From positions 1,371,158-1,435,157 of the forward strand of contig OY282442.1 of assembly GCA_958296115.1 (NCBI GenBank): DNA of 64,000 bases, given 5' to 3'. Source of the stretch: an uncultured Dehalococcoidia bacterium (lineage in GTDB: Bacteria; Chloroflexota; Dehalococcoidia; Lucifugimonadales; CAJWER01). This document shows, piece by piece, positions 56,329-64,000 of the stretch. The number at the start of each line of letters is the position of its first letter. Position 1 is the stretch's first letter. Made by a program: the position numbers and the translations under genes. The notes below the pieces were generated by a model. It saw only the letters and a program-made list of their open reading frames with translations. It was not told the origin of the DNA and ran no database searches.

Positions 56329-56777
56329 CCTTGGGTCAGCAGGAATACAAGGCCATTATTAGCGATCCTAACAAAGTCATTCGTGAAAACATCCTTTGGG
56401 AGGGCAATCCCAATTCCACAAGCCGTGAATTCAGAATAGACGTCGAATCCGACGAGGGTTACCCCATTTTTGTAAAGGGCTGGTACAATTCCTCTTCAGG
56501 CAAGTTGTCCTACGCTATCATCCATCGCACCGTGGGCCGAATCCATGGCTTGGATTTGGGAGCAGACCACCGGAACCCGGATGGGAAATTGGTGGGCGAG
56601 AAGCACAAGCACCGCTGGGCGCCGGACTATCGGGATAAGTGTGCCTACGTGCCAGAGGACATTACCGAGACTTGGGACCGTCCAGTTGCCGTTTGGCGCC
56701 AGTTCTGCGCAGAAACGCGTCTGACCCACTCAGGCGCCATGCAGCCCCCTGTAACTCAAAGGGTATTGCCGCTGTGA
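56325..56777 (+). CDS. Hypothetical protein (150 aa) with a His-rich GADHRNPDG-x7-HKHRW motif
   Basis: Low-GC ORF. The ATG overlaps the relic hsdS stop (ATGA) and its own stop overlaps the next start (GTGA). I recognise no family. Confidence 0.6.
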   Translation: MTLGQQEYKAIISDPNKVIRENILWEGNPNSTSREFRIDVESDEGYPIFVKGWYNSSSGKLSYAIIHRTVGRIHGLDLGADHRNPDGKLVGEKHKHRWAPDYRDKCAYVPEDITETWDRPVAVWRQFCAETRLTHSGAMQPPVTQRVLPL

Positions 56778-57550
56778 ACGTCAACGAACTCTGCATATCC
56801 ATAGGGCAATCGCTGCCGCCCCTGTTTGAGTGCTCGCCGGCCCCGCAAGAGGGAGTACGGGTGCGTACGCCGCTGCTGTATCCCGACGGCGGAGTTGTTG
56901 ACGTTTTTGTACTGGAACGGGGCTACGGTTACACCGTTACCGACTTTGGGGATGCTCTGGGCTGGCTTGGATTGCAATCGGTAAGCAAGCGACGTTCACC
57001 CAAGCAACAATCTCTGGCGCAGGACGTGTGCCAAACGCTGCGCATCGAGTTGGTTCAAGAACAACTGGTTCTTCGCAACGTGCTGAACCATGCACTGGCT
57101 GAATCGGTGTTGCGGGTAGCTCAGGCCGCCGTGCGCGTCTCCGACCTGTGGTTCACTCTGCGGAGCCAATCCCTCCAGACAACTGCTGATGAGGTGGAGG
57201 AGTGGTTACGCGAGAAGCAGATTAACTATGAACGCGCCGTACAGAGACAGGGAAGATCAATGCACACCTGGACGGTCGATTTTGAGACCTACGCCAACCG
57301 CACCTCGCTCGTCTTTTTGCTAAGCACGGGCGCCCGTGGGGCGGCCCGTAGGTTGACTGAGCATGTTTTGTCTGGATGTATGGACCTGAACCACCTCAAG
57401 GCTACCCAACAAGGTCTGTACTTCATTTCCCTATTCGACGATACCGAAGACGTATGGCGGGAGGAGGACTTCAATTTGGTAAACGAGCAATCAGAAATCG
57501 CACGTTGGTCACATTCCGATGAGCTTGAGCGCCTCCTCAGGGCCGCATGA
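56774..57550 (+). CDS. DUF1828/DUF1829-like two-domain protein
   Basis: 258 aa from the GTG at 56774. The N-terminal pattern [38 protein letters not shown] resembles DUF1828. The C-terminal half ([21 protein letters not shown]) resembles DUF1829. The assignment is from memory of family patterns and was not searched. Confidence 0.5.
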   Translation: MNVNELCISIGQSLPPLFECSPAPQEGVRVRTPLLYPDGGVVDVFVLERGYGYTVTDFGDALGWLGLQSVSKRRSPKQQSLAQDVCQTLRIELVQEQLVLRNVLNHALAESVLRVAQAAVRVSDLWFTLRSQSLQTTADEVEEWLREKQINYERAVQRQGRSMHTWTVDFETYANRTSLVFLLSTGARGAARRLTEHVLSGCMDLNHLKATQQGLYFISLFDDTEDVWREEDFNLVNEQSEIARWSHSDELERLLRAA

Positions 57551-57563
57551 TCGCCCTCACCGA

Positions 57564-60695
<3,132 letters not shown>

Positions 60696-60754
60696 GTTCA
60701 CTTCCAACCTACACCGCCGACCGCTCGTCCTCGCTGACGGATAACCCTGCGCGG

Positions 60755-63700
60755 TCATCTTAGCGACCTTCCGAACCCTCGTTTCCACGCGAAGGTTGTT
60801 CCAACCGTTACCACTGTCAATACTGCTGTCCCCGCCAACCCTAACAGCACAAGGAGCGGGGAGAAGCCGGTCGGCTCGGGCTCGGGTGATATTGTGGGTG
60901 TGGGTGGAGGGGGAGACGCAGTGGGAGATGGCGCGGCGGTAGGCGTAGCCGTGGGCGTTGCGGTAGGCGTGGGGGATGACGTAGGCGTGGGCGTCGGCGT
61001 GCCTGTAGGGGCAGGCGTTGCGGTAGGCGTGGGTGTGGGCGTTGCGGTAGGCGTAAGCGTGGGCGTTGCGGTCGGCGTAGGCGTGGGTGTGGCGGTCGGC
61101 GTGCCTGTAGGCCTGGGAGTTGGCACAGCCGTAGGCGTGGGCGTTGCGGTAGGCGTAGGTGTAGGCGTTGCGGTAGGCATAGGGGCAGGCGTGGCTGTAG
61201 GCGTAGGCGTGGGCGTTGCGGTAGGCGTGGGGGATGGCGTAGGCGTAGGCGTGGGCGTCGGCGTCGGCGTACCTGTAGGGATAGGCGTGGCTGTAGGCGT
61301 AGGCGTGGCTGTAGGCGTGGGGGTGGGAGTAGGCGTGGCTGTAGGCGTGGGGGTGGGAGTAGGCGTTGGAGTAGGCGTTGGAGTGGGTGTAGGCGTTGGT
61401 GTAGCCGCTGGCGCAGGCGCAGGCGCGGGCGGCGCGGGAAAGGTGAAGACAATCGGCGGCACGACCACCGGCGGCACGGTGTCGTTGTCGGTCAGGGTGA
61501 CCGTCGCCGAGCTCACCGTCAACCCGACGTCTGACGCGGTCGCCCCGTCCACCACGATGGTCTCGCTCCCCTCGACGATGGTGTCGTCGATAGGGATGAT
61601 GACGAGGGTGGACGTGCCGCTGGTCTCCGCCGCGTTGATGGTGACGTCGGTAGTCGTCGCCGTGTAGTCGGAGCCGCGGGTCGCGGTCCCCGAGAGGGAG
61701 ACGGTGACGGCGGTGTCCTCGGCGCGGGTAGCGCCGCCGTCCAGGGTGGCGGTTACGGTGGTAGTGGTGGCGGCGTCGGACTCGTCCAAGGTGGTTGGCT
61801 CCACCGACAGGACGATGTCAGTGGGCGTCGCGTCGTCGTCGGTGATGATGATGGTCACCGAGGAGGAGGCGCCGAGCGTTGGGGCTGGACCGCCGCCGCC
61901 TGTGGGGCTGGATATGGTGAAGGTGAAGCTCTCGCCGGTCCCTTCGTCTATTGCGTCCTGCGTGGTCTGCACGAGCACGCTCTTGTCCGCGTGGTCCGCG
62001 GGGGTGAAGGTCAGAGCGCCGGATGCGGCGGTGTAGTCGGTGGAGGTGGCCGTGCCGTGCGAGGTGGCGTAGGTCACCGTGAGGTCGGCGGTCGGGGTGA
62101 CTCCGGCAGGTGAGAGCGAGACGGTGGAGGTGGCGGTATCCCCCTCGTCCACCGACGAGGGGCCGGAGACGCTGACGGTGATTGGGTCGCTCTCGGAGAT
62201 GGTTACGGCTGCGGAGTCGGATGCGGTCACCCGGTCCGACAACGCGCTCGTCACCATGCCCAGCGTCACGCTGATGCCCTCCGCCGTCTCTGAAAGGCTG
62301 TCGTCGGTTATGGAGATGGTGAAGGTCTTGGTCGCCCCGGCCGCTGAGTTCGTCGCGAAGCTCACGGAGCCGGAAGCAGTGCCGTAGTCCGCCGCCGTCG
62401 CAGTGGTGGATGTGGCTGACCACTCCACCGCGACCGCCGCGTCCACCTCGTGCGAGAGGGTGACGGTGAAGGAGGCGCTTGCGCCCTCTGCCACGCTTGC
62501 CGCCGGGCCTGTGATGGAGAGGGCGGCGTTGTCGTCGTCGTTGAGGGTGACGGTGGCCGAGCTCACGGTCAACCCGACGCCTGCGGCGGTGGCCCCCTCG
62601 ACCACGATGGTCTCGTTCCCCTCCACCACGGCGTCGTCCGTCGGCGTAACCGTGAGGGTGGACGCGCCGCTGGGCTCCCCCGCTCTGATGGTGACGTCGG
62701 CAGTCGTCGCGGTGTAGTCGGCGCCGCGCGTCGCGGTTCCCGAGAGGGAGATGGTGACGGCGATGTTCTCGGCGCGGGTCGTGCCGCCGTCGAGAGATGC
62801 GGTTACGGTGATGTCCGTGGCGTCGTCGGACTCGTCCACATCGCTGGGGTTCGCCGACAGGTTAATGTCCGTGGGCGCGTCGTCGTCGTCGGTGATGGTG
62901 GTGGTCACCGAGGAGGACGCGCCGAGCGTTGGGGCTGGCCCGCCTCCGCCTGTGGGATTGGATATGGAGAAGGTGAAGCTCTCGCCGGTCCCCTCGTCTA
63001 TTACGTCATCGGTCGTCTGCACGAGCACGCTCTTGTCCGCGTGGTCCGCGGGGGTGAAGGTCAGAGCGCCGGACGCCGCGGTGTAGTCGGTAGTGGTCGC
63101 CGTGCCGCCCGAGGTGGCGTAGCTTACGGTCAGGTCTGATGTGGGTGTAACCCCGGAAGGCGAGAGCGAGATCGTGTATGTGGCGGTATCCCCCTCGTCC
63201 ACAGACGCCGGGCCGGAGACGCTGACGGTGATTGGGTCGCTGGCCGCTATGGTCACGGTTGCGGAGTCGCTGGATGCGGACACCTGGCTCGACAACGCGC
63301 TCGTCACGTCGCCCAGCGCCACGCTGAAGCTCTCGGAGGACTCCGAGAGGTCGTCGTCGGTGACGGCTATGGTGAAGGTCTGCGTAGCCCCCGCCGCTGA
63401 GTTGGCGCTGAAGGTGACCGATCCGGAAGCCGTGCCGTAGTCGCTCGTCACGGCGGTGGTGGACGTGGCCGACCACGCGACCGTGACCGCCGCGTCCACC
63501 TCGTGCGAGAGGGTGACGGTGAACCCCGCGTCGCCGCCCTCGCTCACGCTCTGCGTCGCCGGGGTGAGGGTCAGCGCGGCCTCGTCGAGCGGCTGCGGGT
63601 CAGTGGGAGGAGTCGGCGGGGCGTCCGCGTCTCCGTCGGTCAGCGTGATGGTGGCCGAGCTCACGGTCAACCCGACGTCTGATGCGGTGGACCCGTCCAC

Positions 63701-64000
63701 CACGATGGTCTCGTCGCCCTCGACGATGGCGTCGTCCGTCGGCGTAATCGAGAGGGAGGCGGTTCCGCTGGACATACCCGCGTCGATGGTGACGTCGGTG
63801 GTCGTCGCGGCGTAGTCGGCGCTGCGGGTCGCGGTTCCGGCCAGGCTGACGGTGACGACGGTGTCCGTGGCGCGGGTGGTGGCGCCGTCGAGGGATGCGG
63901 TTACGGTAACGTCCGTGGCGCCGTCGGACTCGTTCACCTCGCTGGGGTTCACCGACAGCGTGATGTCTGTGGGCGCGTCGTCGTCGTCGGTGATGATGGT
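60755..64000 (-). CDS. Giant Calx-beta repeat surface protein (5' end outside the window) with PT-rich stalk and C-terminal TM anchor
   Basis: Repeated Calx-beta modules ([18 protein letters not shown]...[16 protein letters not shown]). The reading frame continues to the window edge. The C-terminus has ~190 aa of PT repeats followed by [26 protein letters not shown]...KRGFGRSLR. Confidence 0.75.
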   Translation of the reverse strand, partial: TIITDDDDAPTDITLSVNPSEVNESDGATDVTVTASLDGATTRATDTVVTVSLAGTATRSADYAATTTDVTIDAGMSSGTASLSITPTDDAIVEGDETIVVDGSTASDVGLTVSSATITLTDGDADAPPTPPTDPQPLDEAALTLTPATQSVSEGGDAGFTVTLSHEVDAAVTVAWSATSTTAVTSDYGTASGSVTFSANSAAGATQTFTIAVTDDDLSESSESFSVALGDVTSALSSQVSASSDSATVTIAASDPITVSVSGPASVDEGDTATYTISLSPSGVTPTSDLTVSYATSGGTATTTDYTAASGALTFTPADHADKSVLVQTTDDVIDEGTGESFTFSISNPTGGGGPAPTLGASSSVTTTITDDDDAPTDINLSANPSDVDESDDATDITVTASLDGGTTRAENIAVTISLSGTATRGADYTATTADVTIRAGEPSGASTLTVTPTDDAVVEGNETIVVEGATAAGVGLTVSSATVTLNDDDNAALSITGPAASVAEGASASFTVTLSHEVDAAVAVEWSATSTTATAADYGTASGSVSFATNSAAGATKTFTISITDDSLSETAEGISVTLGMVTSALSDRVTASDSAAVTISESDPITVSVSGPSSVDEGDTATSTVSLSPAGVTPTADLTVTYATSHGTATSTDYTAASGALTFTPADHADKSVLVQTTQDAIDEGTGESFTFTISSPTGGGGPAPTLGASSSVTIIITDDDATPTDIVLSVEPTTLDESDAATTTTVTATLDGGATRAEDTAVTVSLSGTATRGSDYTATTTDVTINAAETSGTSTLVIIPIDDTIVEGSETIVVDGATASDVGLTVSSATVTLTDNDTVPPVVVPPIVFTFPAPPAPAPAPAATPTPTPTPTPTPTPTPTPTPTATPTPTPTPTATPTPTATPIPTGTPTPTPTPTPTPSPTPTATPTPTPTATPAPMPTATPTPTPTATPTPTAVPTPRPTGTPTATPTPTPTATPTLTPTATPTPTPTATPAPTGTPTPTPTSSPTPTATPTATPTAAPSPTASPPPPTPTISPEPEPTGFSPLLVLLGLAGTAVLTVVTVGTTFAWKRGFGRSLR
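60895..61450. repeat. Low-complexity Pro/Thr/Ala-coding microsatellite-like repeats
   Basis: Degenerate repeats of ggcgtaggcgtgggcgttgcggtaggcgt (coding strand is minus), translating to (TPTPTPTAT)n. Confidence 0.85.

Noticed and set aside
60894-61667. A 257-aa Gly/Val-rich ORF on the + strand.
   Set aside because: It is antisense to the PT-rich stalk of the Calx-beta protein. (GVGVAV)n is simply the complement reading of (PTPTAT)n.

Overview
This is a 64-kb window of very GC-rich bacterial chromosome, so most long overlapping ORFs in the track are off-frame artefacts. I support about 50 protein genes. No rRNA, tRNA, CRISPR array, transposase or integrase is visible.

Layout from left to right:
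- 0-11 kb: Uma2 endonuclease, MFS transporter, hydrolases and oxidoreductases, plsY, an AlbA_2/Schlafen-like protein, an acyl-AMP ligase-ACP-acyltransferase fusion, and an MBL hydrolase.
- 11.2-12.2 kb: a non-coding block with a strong-looking promoter, a ~440-nt structured-RNA candidate and an array of REP-like hairpins.
- 12.2-31 kb: an orphan FtsX permease, transporters, assorted catabolic enzymes, an NfeD-SPFH pair and a TPP enzyme.
- 31-39 kb: a lipoprotein S1C protease embedded between four beta-sandwich repeats, then the sirC-hemC-cobA/hemD-hemB cluster.
- 39-45 kb: pcm and the nusA-ylxR-infB-rbfA-truB operon, with a leader terminator.
- 45.5-50.3 kb: a gldA / gldF-gldG / DUF4340 ABC cluster.
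- 50.5-51.4 kb: a second, inverted copy of the RNA/REP block.
- 51.4-60.7 kb: a type I R-M operon.
- 60.8 kb to the window end: a giant Calx-beta repeat surface protein.

The best candidate for something new is the R-M operon. It reads hsdM, a HEPN gene, an MNT domain fused in frame to hsdS, then two low-GC passenger cassettes between hsdS and hsdR: an S1 protease, and an unknown 150-aa ORF with a DUF1828/1829-like ORF. The two cassettes are separated by a chimeric hsdR-5'/hsdS-3' relic.

The second-best candidate is the duplicated ~440-nt structured RNA, which matches no family I recognise.

The taxon cannot be determined. Gene content and repeat style are reminiscent of Chloroflexota-like metagenomic genomes, but that is inference only.
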